DNA of 60,148 bases, the filler included, from Sphacelaria rigidula (taxonomy: Eukaryota), in NCBI GenBank assembly GCA_964200075.2. It is 8 parts of 8 records of this genome, joined end to end, with 100 filler letters (N's around TTAATTAATTAA, not from the genome) between each part and the next. Parts side by side here need not be neighbours in the genome. Positions count along the whole stretch, not along the records: positions 45,188 to 52,618 come from CAXNAA020014957.1; positions 52,719 to 60,148 come from CAXNAA020014958.1; 6 more parts are not named here. One strand, given 5' to 3'. Below are positions 47,463-60,096 of this stretch, piece by piece (the first letter of the stretch is position 1; the number at the start of each line of letters is the position of its first letter). Below the pieces are notes generated by a model. The model had not been told where the DNA came from, ran no database searches, and worked only from the letters and a program-made list of their open reading frames with translations. A program made the position numbers and the translations under genes.

Positions 47463-49790
47463 CTACTCCTGATCTCGGTCTGAACAGAACGGAGACATGA
47501 GACATTCGGAGGGCTCCGGAGAATGGGATGGAGTGGATATAGCCACAGCCCCGTATTTACAAGAGTATGTGGCTAGCTCTGGCAAAGAAGGTATGCCTCT
47601 CACTTCGCCCTGCGCTGCTTCTGGAGCGATACAAGCTGGGATTGGTGTCGACGGGGTTGCGTCACCGGCAAGTAGAGACGATATTAAACTTGACAACTGT
47701 CGCGGAGGGCGAGACGGGAAACTCCTTCCAAATCGACCGAGCACCCCTCCGGCCCTGCTGATGTTCGGGGAGTGCTCGAGGTGAAGAAAAATACTTGAAC
47801 GCACGTCAGAGGGTTTATACCGGCTCTCAGCCAGCCTATTATCGGGTTGGTACTACCATCGGTGTAGTACGAATGAACAGACTTCATCACTCTCAGCGAA
47901 CCGAGCGTACAGCGGGTAAGATCGATAAATGAGGCACCATACGACAAAGGTGAGGCCGTGATACCATACACATGCCTTTCAAAACGGTGTATCTCTTACC
48001 CGGAGTCACATAAAACGCCGTAAGGTGACTAAAATTCCCTTCCGTATCATTGCGGAATACACAGGGTGAAGATAGCCACCCAAGTGCCGAGTGAGCTCCA
48101 AGCATTGCTGCGATCCAAGCACCAGATTCGGTGAGGAATGTCGATTGATATTGTAAGGATAGTAGAATTGTGTTTGGCAAAAATCAACACTCGATGCATT
48201 CCTTATATTAATGCACCTCTGAGGTGAACTTGAAGCGCAAGCGAGTCAGCTGCATGCTGAGGGCTCCGTGAAAACTCAAACACCTGCATGCATTTTAGGC
48301 ATGGGTAACATGACACGACACACATTGCGCTCAAGATGATCATGAGGCCTTGTTGTCCACAAAGCTATCACTCCCTCGACTCGCACACTTGTTTCTCGTA
48401 CGACCCCTGGTCAGAAAAGTATCTTCGGGTGACGGCGGGGAAGGGAGCGACCACACTGCTGGAACGGAAAGTTTGAAAGTTGGCCTGTCCATCGAGCAGA
48501 TGTCGCCCAGACGTCCAAGAGGATATTGCCCGGGTGGCAGGCGGCATTCGGGGTAAACCTCTAGCCTAGTAACACACGAATGCAAACTAGATGTCAAGAA
48601 CATTGCACGACCAGACCAGCACGAAACGCGCGAGCAGATACACTTTAGGGCGTTCATCCCAATCTTATGTACATCAAATCGCTGCTTGTCGGCCATACTG
48701 TGGTCTTGTATGTGCAAGGTGTCCTTGAGTGTACAGCGCGTGGCTCAGCGGAGTGCAAGCCCGGATGATTCGTCAGTTGCATGAACTGTTGCTGTGAAGG
48801 TCCACTTCATTTGTTTAGCTAACACGAGAAATCACGCAGGCATGGCGGGAGGAAAGTGAGGGGCACAGGAGAAGGGACACCTTCGCAGAAACCGCAGGGA
48901 GCACGGTTCCGCTCCGAAGCTTCTCCTCCACCGGTACGACAACAGTGTTTATGAGCCCAAAAAAAAAGTGCGTAAAATCTAGTCGTGCATCAACGTCATC
49001 GTTCTCGCCTGGTTGTGCATCAGCACTGGTACGTAACTCGTTGCATTGTACAGTATATTCAGAGTTGTGCCCACCTTGAATCAAACAGAAAATCGTCACC
49101 TTTCTATGTTTGTTCTTTCTTATGAAGGCTACACAAACGCGGCAACATGTTCCCCATCGACAAGTTTTTCGATGACCCGCTTGTCGAGTGCTTCTTAGGT
49201 GTCGTTCGGACACCCGTTGCGCATGCAGTCGATGATCTTCTTCAACACATCAAAATACGCTACAATACAATACTCTTTGTTCCCTACAGACGTTTCGTCC
49301 ATCATCGTATGGCAAGGCTTGGTATGCGCCGCCTTATCTGTGGGGAGTAGAAATTTCCCTGGAAACCCTCGATCTTGATCAAGAAGACGATGATGCGGAA
49401 GGTGGGCACGGGTTTCTGGGCCTTCCGGGCTCCCTCCGTCACAGACTCTTCGCATTCCTGATTATTCCCCGTGACATCCGACGCGGGTACCATAGTGAAT
49501 TTCAGCAAATTATATGGGTTCAGTATTCCACGCTTGCTTTGTTGAACCAGTGTTGTGGTACAAATGTTGCCCTTCACAGCCGGCCCGCTTCTTTTGCATT
49601 CGCATGCGCCTTGCTTTCACCGTTCTCCAACTCGAAGGGATTAGACAGTTGCAGGCTCACGCCGATATGGTGAAAGCCACCATTCCAAGCCTCTTCAGCG
49701 CCCACAGTTTTGTTACATATATCCGACAGCAGGTGAGCAAAATTAATTACCTCCAAAGCTCTTCGTAGTAGGCCCAGTCGTTTGCGTACC
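47463..49790 (-). pseudogene. Decayed coding sequence(s) of unknown family
   Basis: Overlapping protein-like ORF fragments (47463-48180, 48340-48800, 48815-49756) joined by frameshifts and stops, with apparent 60-80-bp GT-AG introns (e.g. ~48880-48819). No family recognised. Confidence 0.35.
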
Positions 49791-50293
49791 TGACGTTCGG
49801 CGTAAGATCCTACTTTCTACACGTTGGCATTGCGCGGAAACGCAGGACAGATGTTACTCGATTCGCGTGAATTCGGCTTAGTTCAGCTCGGCGTGAGAAC
49901 CGCAGGCTCACCGCGAGTTAATTAGCAGAACTGTGCCGATATACACGCACTCTTCTGAAATATTGGCATTGTGTATCGGTCTTTGACACTTGGGACTCAT
50001 CATTTCCCCCCCGGTGCGGATTGCGAAGGAACTGGAAGCTGATTTGGTGCTGCTACATGCAATTGCCGTTCGGTATGGAATTACTGGTGGACGATGAACA
50101 CTGTTGACATCGGCCAACCTTTTTTCCCGTAGGGTACAACGGATACGGATAAACACATTTAGTAGCATGAACAAAAACGTGCACCCCACTAAATTTCGCG
50201 GGAAAATCGCGTGTCGATAGTAAAGTGTTATTTTTACCGGTGCGTTAACTCAACAACAACCACCGCCCGTAGGGTTTACGTCTGCCGGCTCAC

Positions 50294-50780
50294 TTGGAGA
50301 GCACAGAGCGGGCAATGCTAGCAGAAAAAACCCTTACCGAAAAAGGAGCACTGGCAGCTCCCAAAGATATCGCCGGGACTCACGATGATGCGCCACAAGA
50401 GCATGGAGACCATGAAGAGAGTGGAGAAGAAAATGCTGAGGATCCCCCACTCGGGACGAACAAGGCGGGGACGACGAGAAAAAAACAGCAGAAGGAACAG
50501 AACCGTATACCGCAGGGCAGGAGAGAAGAAAACTCACGAAGAAAAACAGCAGGGGTGTTCCCGAGGAAGAGCACTGTAGCTGGCGAGATTGGTGCCTGAT
50601 GGTGGTGTGGCTTGTACCGGCGTCATCGTTGGAATTGGTATGAGTGAAGAGCAGACCAAGTCACTGATGCCCCCAGTTTCATCGAAATACCAGGGGACAC
50701 GACCAGCACAGTGGGAGACAGTGGCGTCTCACAACGATAATCCAATTATTTATTTTTACAATAACACAGAGTTTCGATAA
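50294..50780 (+). pseudogene. Frameshifted ORF of unknown function (charged N-terminus)
   Basis: ORFs 50294-50599 and 50589-50780 overlap in adjacent frames. Confidence 0.25.
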
Positions 50781-51199
50781 TACTAGCAGGAGTAGAAGTG
50801 GCGCCTATCACTATAGCTTGGTAGATTTGACTACGTTCAACGCTCAGCGATTCTGTAAATTGGCCAAGTTACCGGGCTCATGTGTTCGCACATGGACGGT
50901 ATCTACTTGCACTATTGTGGCCCGATCAATCGACACATGACACCAACACCAGACACGTAAATGCACGCAACGACCTCTCAGAGCAACAGAGCGATGAAAA
51001 CAGTCACGGCACGAGACTCGCCCAGACCCTATCTGGTACGCAGACGTATGTAATCCCCGATATTTTCTCAGCCTCCCTGATGTAAAACATGTCGTGGTCA
51101 GGTGTTATATTCGGGGAGAGGGATTACGCTCAGGAGAAGTTGTCTTGACCCGTGCGCATGTGGCTACGATCGTATTGATTTGACCTCTGCTGCTTTTGC

Positions 51200-52440
51200 T
51201 GCGAACATAATTTCTTTCCTATGCACACACTACATGCAATGATAGAGGGAGAGAACAAGCGAGATGCTGCACTTTTCACTCGGAGGGCAGCAAACGTCGA
51301 GATGTGCAGTAGCAGCAAAGGCGGCCTACTATGCCTTGCTGCTGACCCTATATTATGGAGCATTGTGCGGCGGGCCAACACTCCCTCTCGCTCGTCATCG
51401 CTGGGGTAGACGGCTGCATTTGAGCGCAAGCTGGTTCCACTGCTTTAGATCACGAAGTATATCGGCGACTTCATCTTGGTGGTTTGAAAGTTGGGACGTC
51501 ATACGCCGAGAAGAGACCCGAACCGACAATTCGAAGAGCATCACCAGGAATTCTGCATTTTTTCGGTGCTTTTGGAATTAGGTCCATTTGACTGAATTTC
51601 CGAAGGAAAGATCCACCCTCACTTCCAGAATGCAACAGAAGCAAAGTAAAGAAGCAGCTCAGTAATAGCTTTTGAGTTGTCGATTTCCACCTCTCCTCAA
51701 CATTTTAGGACACATCCCTCAAACCTTGAGTAGTTAATTGAGCTCTTCGGACGTCGTTTTCTCATTGTGGTCAGATCGCCAGACCACCTTCCCGTGGGAG
51801 ATGTTCAAGGTTTGCTGAGACGAACCCAGAACATTTTTTGTATTCCCGTTTCTCCGAGAGGTGTTGTGGGTATTGTATCTGGCTCAAAGATGCACAAGAT
51901 TCCCACATCTCCGGTGAGCCTGAAAGGCGCGGAGGAGCTACTCGAGTATACCAGAGTAGTTACGCTACCAGGCGTACTCAAACAACCCTGAGTTCAATAA
52001 TGTGCACAGTTTCGAGACAGCAAGAAGAGTTGACTGCAAGCCACGAATCAAACTCGCGTAGGAGTCGTTCAACGATAGAGGGGGATCGAAATCGCCATTT
52101 TCCTTCGCAGAGTGGGACAACCACCAATTGAGATAGCGACGAGTGCATTTCTTGCAACTCTCAACTTTCGAGTGCCGAAGATTGATATTTCTCCCCCTGC
52201 GGGCGGGCGGGTGTCCGGGCACGAGGTATCCAAAACGCCAGTCCACGGGTACCCTTGGGTAATAGCGTACACAAGATACATGTCTGATTTTTTCGAGGTT
52301 TCCTGGGAGGTGGGGAAGGAGCGGGTGGGTTATTCCATCGCGATGACCCATCAATGGCGGTTGTCAATGACAAACTAGCGAAATCCGATCTTTGTTGGTC
52401 GGGTAAATAACCAGCCCGCCGTTGTACATACAATGTCCTG
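51200..52440 (-). pseudogene. Decayed long ORF of unknown family
   Basis: One frame reads as protein for ~400 codons with scattered stops (HCMYNGGLV...ESCKKCTRRYLNWW...NAEFLVMLFELSVRV...DEVADILRDLKQWNQLAL). Confidence 0.35.
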
Positions 52441-52618
52441 CGGCTGTCGGGTATTCAAGCCTGGCCGCGGCGTTGAAGAACTGATTCGCGAAGTTTCTTC
52501 ACGGAACAACGACGAACTTGACTTTGCAATACGATAAGTATGGGACAAGAGCGCGGCGGGGATGATGCTGTACCACCCCTCCCCCCCCCCCCTCCCCACC
52601 ACCTCTATTGGTGAAGAA

Positions 52619-52718
52619 NNNNNNNNNNNNNNNNNNNNNNNNNNNNNNNNNNNNNNNNNNNNTTAATTAATTAANNNNNNNNNNNNNNNNNNNNNNNNNN
52701 NNNNNNNNNNNNNNNNNN
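52619..52718. other. Artificial contig spacer
   Basis: 44 N + TTAATTAATTAA + 44 N. Confidence 0.99.
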
Positions 52719-52872
52719 CCCCCCGCTGGTGCTGCTTCTAAAAGGAGGGCGGGTAAAGGGCCCCCCCCCCCCCCAAAGAAAAAAATGGGTCCGCCCCCCC
52801 CCCCCCCCTCAGCTTGGTCCGGCGAGAGTTCGGCGTGCTCCGTCTCGACTTTGTATGGGCGGACCCCCGATG

Positions 52873-53393
52873 GAGTTGGCGTTCGTTGGTGATGATGCTA
52901 TAATACACGCCTCTCACTGCGTAAGCTACATTGTAGGCAACCAGGTTACCCATTTCTTTTTGCGCGCTTGCTTTTTTTGTTGCGGTAACTACGATGGTAG
53001 TCGAGCTAGATCATGTTGTGCTGCGTGGGCGTGGGAGAACTTCAACTCCGCACAATGGGGGTGATCGTAACACGTAGTGTTTAGATGGTGAGATCCACGA
53101 GGCAGTGTAAGAGCGTGGCTGTCTCTGGAAGTGGCGATACCAGAAAATAAATCAACTCATTGGAGGCTCTCATCCATATGCAAGATAATCAGTAGGCTTC
53201 GGGCCGAACAATATTAGCAGGACAGGGATCACCCTTCGTGCGACTCACCGAACACACCACGGCGCTTCGCGCTTGGTGATTGATTGCGAGCCTGGTCCGG
53301 CGGAAATTAGGCGTGCTCCGTCCCGGTTTTGTAGGTATGCGATGTCAGTAGTCACATGACTATGGTCTGCAAGATCATGAGTATAGCCCCCTT
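52873..53393 (+). mobile_element. Family B SINE-like repeat, full copy (preceded by a partial 3' end at 52810-52860)
   Basis: Reverse complement of 2206-2716. Ends CATGAGTATAGCCCCC. Confidence 0.8.
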
Positions 53394-53471
53394 CTATCTC
53401 TCTCAGAACGTACACGGTGGGGCAACCCCTGACCAAAGTATCGCAGCACTGACAGAAGGACAGCGACCTAC

Positions 53472-54964
53472 CGGCAACGCTGAGGCAGCACACCGCACAT
53501 AGCCTCCAATCACGGTGTGCGTAGTCGATGATCATCATGAGCTCGTCCAAGAAAGACACCGCGGAGTGGATCGTTACCGTCTGCTCCATCAAGAAGACAG
53601 AGCGAGAACGCAAAACAAACCGCAACAGGAGCAGAGAGCCACAACAGCAAAGGAGTACAGCCGGTGACGTCTCGTCAGTGAAAACAGCGCACGGACGCTA
53701 AACGAGAAACGAAGAAGAAGCCAAAAAGAACAGTTTTTCGACTCGAGCGCGCGATGAATAGGTGAAAAGTTCAGAAAAAAAAACTCATTTTTATTCGTTC
53801 ACGAGAACGATCTGGATCGGCTCAATCGAGACAAAACACCGGAGCAGTCCGAACCTGGAGCTGTGTGGTCTCGGGACCCCCGAAAACCGGTAAACCATTC
53901 AAATATTGGATGCAGAAATATGTTTCCCTCGGAATGTAAAGCGGGTGCTAGTATCTCCCGATTCCCAAACTTTGGGATCAAACGTTCAACGGGAGGAGCG
54001 GTGGCACGCGAAAAATTTCCCAAAATATTGAATTAACTAATAAAGATTAATATATATATTGAATGATTAATTAATCGATTGGAAATTGTTTGAGTAGGGA
54101 TGGTTGGATGGTTGGTTGGGATTGAGTTTAATATTTTGGACAAGGAAGAGACAATATCCAACTACATATTTCGCCTAATTTGCTTGCAGACCACTAGAAC
54201 AAGAAAAAACACAGACACAACATCCCCCCATGTGGGGCCCTGTACTATCTTCGGATGTTCATCACACGCCAAGAAGACAAACACAAAAGGCGGTGCGCAC
54301 CGACAAAAGACGTAGCTTATATAGGGTCCTATATCACGTTTAGGTGCTGCCTCTACATAACACATGAGCTTCATCTATGCAAAACTAGGGCAGGCACTTG
54401 CAAAAAAAAAAGTTGTAAATGGGGTCCTCAATTTGATACGGGTAGTTGATTGATCGACGCACTTGAACTGATCCTCCAGGGGTCATGATCCAGCCGTGGT
54501 CAAATGACAGACGTACCTAAGAAAAACAAAACTGAAACAATCGCTGAAGAAAAAAAAGGAACATAAAAAAAAGTCGAACACAACGACATAGTAGACTAAG
54601 ACAGGGGGAAAAAAAACATAAAAATCAACAAGAGCAAAGCACAGGGGGAAAATGGCCGACCTGAACAGAAAAGGAGAAGAAAAAAAAAGCCAAGAGCCAA
54701 GAGCCAAGAGCCAATATATATATAGAATAATAAAGGGTATACGCCTCCTATAAAATTTGACTTCACAGTCGACGACGGAATGGGACCGCTGAACGCGTCT
54801 CGCGATAACGAATAAGGTAAGCACCGCGGAAGGAGGGTGAAGATCTGAAAACAAAATAAAAAACTAGATGAAAAACTTCGGTGTTGGCCTTCCTCTTGTG
54901 TGACCCCGGCTGACACGCCCACATATACCCAAAGGTGTAGACCGGCGTCTAGAATAGATGGGAT

Positions 54965-55026
<62 letters not shown>

Positions 55027-55127
55027 CATACGCCTCCTATTAACGCACCATGTGGATCATCTCTTTTTACCTGCAGATCCAATTGCTCGCCGACTTCGCT
55101 GAGCCAATCCACCATGTATCTTCGATG
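53472..55127 (-). CDS. Cyclin, N-terminal cyclin box (partial). Exons 55127-55071 and 53580-53472
   Basis: Spliced HRRYMVDWLSEVGEQLDLQ|TVTIHSAVSFLDELMMIIDYAHRDWRLCAVCCLSVA matches cyclin-box helices 1-3. Junctions CAG|...|GTAAAA and CAG|...|GTAGGT are in frame. Confidence 0.88.
54445..54690 (-). repeat. RTE 3' UTR fragment in the cyclin intron
   Basis: GATCCAGCCGTGGTCAAATGA and ACATAGTAGACTAAGAC match 27290-27535 in reverse. Confidence 0.75.
54752..55027 (+). mobile_element. 5'-truncated family C SINE with long (CA)n tail and 13-bp TSD
   Basis: ATACGCCTCCTAT at 54739-54751 and 55028-55040. Body matches 7070-7289. Confidence 0.9.
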
Positions 55128-56773
55128 CTGATTCATGACGCAAGACGAACAGCCCGAGGACAAACCAAAATGGCGCAAGATAATACAGCCAGCCAAAGAG
55201 AAGGTCACGCAAGAGATGAGGGGTGGGTGGGTGGGTGGGTGGGTGGGGGGGGACAAAAGGTACATGCCCACGTGTGCCTATGGAAACGTCGTGAGCAGTA
55301 CGCAGTCTTGCCATAATTCATCAACACGGGACGACCTCCAAGACCAGAAGGAAGTGAAGTACCCTTTTGCTCTGCTTGTCATCAAAAGCACATGCATGTT
55401 GGACATTGCAAGAATTATCTCGACAAGCACGATGCAAAAGGGTTGCAGAGTAAGCCCAATATATTTGGGCTCCTACAAAAAAGAGACTCGGACATAAAAA
55501 GTGCAACCCCGATCGTCGCATTGCTCCTTGCATTAATTTAGGCACCGTAGCTAAGGTAGGTACCCGGTACCGGTATTTGGACAAATACCGGGGGGTACGC
55601 TTCGTACGGTACCTTACCTGAGGTTCCTGTGCACTTTTAGACAGTGTAATGTAGTCTCTTGTTCAGGATGCGAAATGTTGCGAGCAATATCACTCGTGGC
55701 AAGTCCCGCAAGACTGTAGGGGATGACGACACTGTTGGTGTTGATCGCACGTAACAGTTACTACAATCTAAACCAGTGAGAGTTCAGGTCGGCTTCAAGC
55801 ACAATAACGTACGTCACATTAAACATCCAGTCTCGATCGTTTTTACATATAACTCCGCCGTGAAGAAGTTAAAAGAACAGCTTCTAATACATACACACAC
55901 GCGGAGCACCTGCATGTTCCTGGCAAAAAAAAAACGCACACACACACCACCCTGGATGATGACAAACAGATTACATCGTCAAAAAGTGCACTGCGTACAC
56001 CATCAACTTTTTTGGTGCAGGGCCCACAGATAGGGGCAAAGATTTTTGACTGCCACGACTTTTCGATCAATCAGAACCTCACTGTTTACCGAAATGCGGC
56101 GACATTTTTCTTCAATCAGATGACAGAATTGAGTGGGAATTGAGTGGACAAATAGCTGTGATTGGCCCACACATTGCGCCGCTGTCAGTCAGACAGCTGC
56201 TACCATCAGTCGATTGGGACACAGCAGCTCCGTGCTGGCTCAATTTGTTTGCCCAAACCTGCAAGCGTCCGCCTTGGGTGGCTTCTCCGACCGCAGCACC
56301 CGACTACAACTGAAGCACGAAAGAAGACGCAACAGACAGCTGCACAGTCGTGACGTGATTGCTTCAACTTTGTGTACAGCACTTTCATCCCACCCCAATT
56401 ACGTGCCGACCGGAACACGGCATGCAGCAGTACTACTATTCAGGCCCTCTCCAGCGCACATCACACCATGTTCGTCGTAGAGTGTATAGATGCGCAGCAG
56501 CACAGCGACAACTACAGCATAGAAATTATGGGTGTGGGAAGCGCCTTGTTCGTTTGACGGAAAACGAAACAGCCAACACACAACAGTGTGTAGACAGCCC
56601 TGCGTCCCGACAAACATAATTTTCCTCATTTTCTGTAAAGACAAAGACAGCGACAGTAAGGCAGCTGACGCAATCCCAGCGGAGTGACAGCTACAGCACA
56701 TGAGAGAGGGCGTGAGTGTGTTGGTGCTGAAGATGAAACAGCACATGTCCCATGTGACAGTTCTTCCCCTCAC

Positions 56774-59700
56774 TTCAGACGGTTCCTCAATTTTTGCCGA
56801 GTGCCGATTTTTAAGCGCCCTGCCATGATCGCGCTTCGCACGAGAATTTTTCAATTCACTTCGAGTTACCCCTATCTGTGGGAGGTGAGCCACTTTATTT
56901 GTCAAACTTGCAGTAGACCGATATATTCGATACTGTAATCGATACTGTAATCAGTACATTTTTGGACAATGTAGTTCATCGTCGAGGGTTTGGACAAAAC
57001 ACAGGCAACCAGCCAGCAAGAGAGCTACTCATAGCACCACAGACCATTTCTCGAGCAATAATGAACCATGTTCGATTTTGGTACTACATCACAAGTCGGA
57101 CAACTCATTGGGCTACCTCAAGTCACCAATCGAAGCGGACTCTCAGACCCATCCTCCATTTTTTTCCCCCACACTTTGAACCCGTCCCCTTCCTCGGGAT
57201 GAGTCCGTGGTTTTAAGGGATCAACCCATCTCTCCCCCGGTACGTATCGTCCATGAACACAACATATCTGATAGTAGCAAGGTCCGAGAAGTTAACGCAC
57301 TCTCTTCGCGCTACTCTGCGTGTCCGCCGCCCAGCACTTTGGTGAGCAACGATGTAGAAAGGGGCCGAATGAGCTAGCTCATGATACGAGGCAGTACACC
57401 GATAAATGGAAATATTTCACACATCGGACAGCTCATGAGCTACCTTGAAAAAACGATCGGAAAGGAATCTTACATCCGGTGCCCAAGAAAACAAAACAGA
57501 ACGCGGGGTCTGAGAAGTCGACGCACTACCTCAACGCTACTCCGAGTGTAAGGCGTCCAGCGCTATGGGGGGCAACTACGGGAAAAAATAGTCCAAACGA
57601 GCTATTATAGCTGATGATCCATAATAAGTCGGCAGCTCATGTGCTGTCCGGCGTGTACAGGTACTAGATTCAACGACACCCGAGGACACTCGATTTCTCC
57701 TGATGCCGTACATCTGCCGGATCCTTACCGGAGCGTAGTCTGCTGGCGGCGGCTTGGTTGACTTAATTCTTTCGTCAAATTTCCTCTCCTCCTTCTTTTT
57801 CCAATAATCAATAATCAACAGCGCCGGAAAGCCAAGTTCGATGTCCGTAGTGGCCTGGCGAAATCCGAACGGTGATACAAACAAAAGCCGAGCGGCGGGT
57901 GTGTGTGTGTGTGTGCAAAAGGAGGCAATTTGCACACAAGTGCTGATCTGCAAGGGTAGGCAGACACAGGTACAAATCAATTCAACTCGTTCAGCATCAC
58001 AGCAGACAACGCTTTTTTTTTAGCAAATCCTTTGGAATAAAAAATACTCAAATTCCCACCACTGTGCTGTGTGAAAAACATAATGTAGCCCTTCACACAC
58101 ACACACCCTTCCCCCCCCTCCCAGAAGAGGAAACGCGGAAGGCGAACGAAGGTGGCATGAGATCGTTTGGTGCATCAGACACTAGGAAGGAAACGATGGC
58201 AATACTAGGAGATAGATGGTGGCCACAGACGGCGAAACAGGACGGGGATAAGATCTGTCAAAGGTTTTTGTGCAGTGCATGGAAAAACGTCATTGGCACC
58301 GAGATGTTGAGATGTCTCTGTAATAAAATCGGTGTAGGATCGGTGCTCCGTGTAAAAAGCAATGAGTGGTCAATGGTCAAACGACCAAGGCAAACGACAA
58401 ATGAGTACGCCTCCCCTCCCCTCCCCTCCCTGCCTTTCCGCGGGCGCGCCTCCCAAACGCTTCGTCGATGGCTCCAACGACGACGATACAAATGATTTCA
58501 TCGCGAAAATATGAAAATATATATTGAGTATACAACTAGACATACGATACAACGGTTCCAACTACTCGACGACTTGTTTTCATCCGATAACTGCCACTGA
58601 CCACTTGCATTCATCGTTCATTTTTATTTTCATGTACACGGCGTTTCACCCCCCCCCAACATACGAAATTTTTCCCAGCACCGCCGGTTCTCCCTTTCCC
58701 TTCGACCCATTTCCTCTCTTGTGTGTACGTGCTTCAAACCCCAATTTTCAATCACAGCGCCACGATCTCTTTTAGTAATTACCTACGCCATCAGCACGAT
58801 GAAACAAGGCTCTCACCTTTTCCGGATACAAAGATGACACCTCATCAACGCTCGCCTGCAAATACATCGAGAAAAATGATCGGGAAAAAAAAGAAAGAGA
58901 AAAAAAGGGCGAACCGTTAGGGCGTCTCTTGTGTATCTATCCTTTCAACCACGGTCGAGTAAACAATCACGCGTTGAAAGACGGCTCACGATAGTAGCTT
59001 GCATCAAAACAGAATACGTCCAAGTAGCTTTGTGTAGATGAGGACACTGGACTCAACAAACATCTACAACAGGTACAGCTTGCGCTTCGTACTTTGGACA
59101 TACTCCTTCATGAGATCGAGAGCGGTCACAACGCCTTACATTTTCCCCCCGAAGAGAGATGGGCCGACGACGTTGACACACTCGCTCGCGACGTGACGCT
59201 GAATGTTGGCATTCCAAAGAGTACTCTCTGTTCTTGAGTGTGTCACTCGAGTGACGGTGACTTGAGCCGTCAGCAAGCACGCATGAAAAAATATCCCACG
59301 AGAAAATACACACCCGGCCGCACACGAACTTCGATTCGCAGCCTTCGATCATGACGAATGGCAACGAGATATGTCAGGATTCTTCCTTCAATCGCAGGTG
59401 ATTGCTACACAAACAAAACGTTTTCCTCTTTTTTTTTTCCATCTACAACAGTACCGAAGTTTTGCGAGCGAACTTTCCTTGCATTAAGGCCCGGAAACAT
59501 ACAATCCCCAGCGAGAATAGAATGGGTTCGATTTATCAGTAGCAGCCGAGCTTGATTTTTTATTGATTGATTAATTGTCGCACTTCATATGATCCCCCCA
59601 GGGGTCTAGCCGTGGTCTCATCATAGAGCTTGTTTCTGCAAAAGCAACCTCGGCGGGAGCCGTCTCCGCTTGCAAGTTGAGGGCAGTTGTCATAGCTAAT

Positions 59701-60040
59701 CTAAAGGCTACTGCGGGCTTCGTGGTGACAGCTGCCCTGAACCATTCCGCCACAACGGCGTCCACCCAAGTAACTCTGCAGGATGAAGCTCGGGCACACT
59801 CGTAGATCTGATTACCCGACCCTCGCTGGAGATTGCATGTTTCGCCCATCTCAACGCAAAAAGCCGTCGTGCGCTGTGCTTGCCAGTGCATGCCAAACTT
59901 CGACGAAGGTGAGGACGTCGAATTCGTGGGCGCTTTTGTTCGTCTCCTCACGAGCTGGGATTGGTGGGATCTCAGTTCTCGTTGCCCTGTCCTAAACCTC
60001 GTTGTTGACGGTACGCTGACGCCGTTGCTACTCCCGTAAT
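56774..60040 (-). CDS. Chain of in-frame exons of unknown function, possibly the N-terminal part of the cyclin gene: ~60040-59584, 59227-59140, 58855-58817, 57854-57729, 56875-56774
   Basis: Each internal exon has a CAG acceptor and GT donor, and the phases match (2,0,0,0). Examples: ATTDIELGFPALLIIDYWKKKEERKF...DYAP and IGVTRSELKNSRAKRD...EPSE. The link to the cyclin exons is unresolved. Confidence 0.55.
58122..58430 (+). mobile_element. LINE family A 3' fragment
   Basis: KETMAILGDRWWPQTAKQDG; ends AAATGAGTACGCCTCCCCTCCCCTCCCC. The left flank is also C-rich. Confidence 0.88.
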
Positions 60041-60060
60041 CGTTGACTCTATTACCCCGC

Positions 60061-60096
<36 letters not shown>

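Noticed and set aside
7433-52718. Regularly spaced TTAATTAATTAA motif resembling a giant repeat array
   Set aside because: Embedded in N runs; it is an assembly linker.
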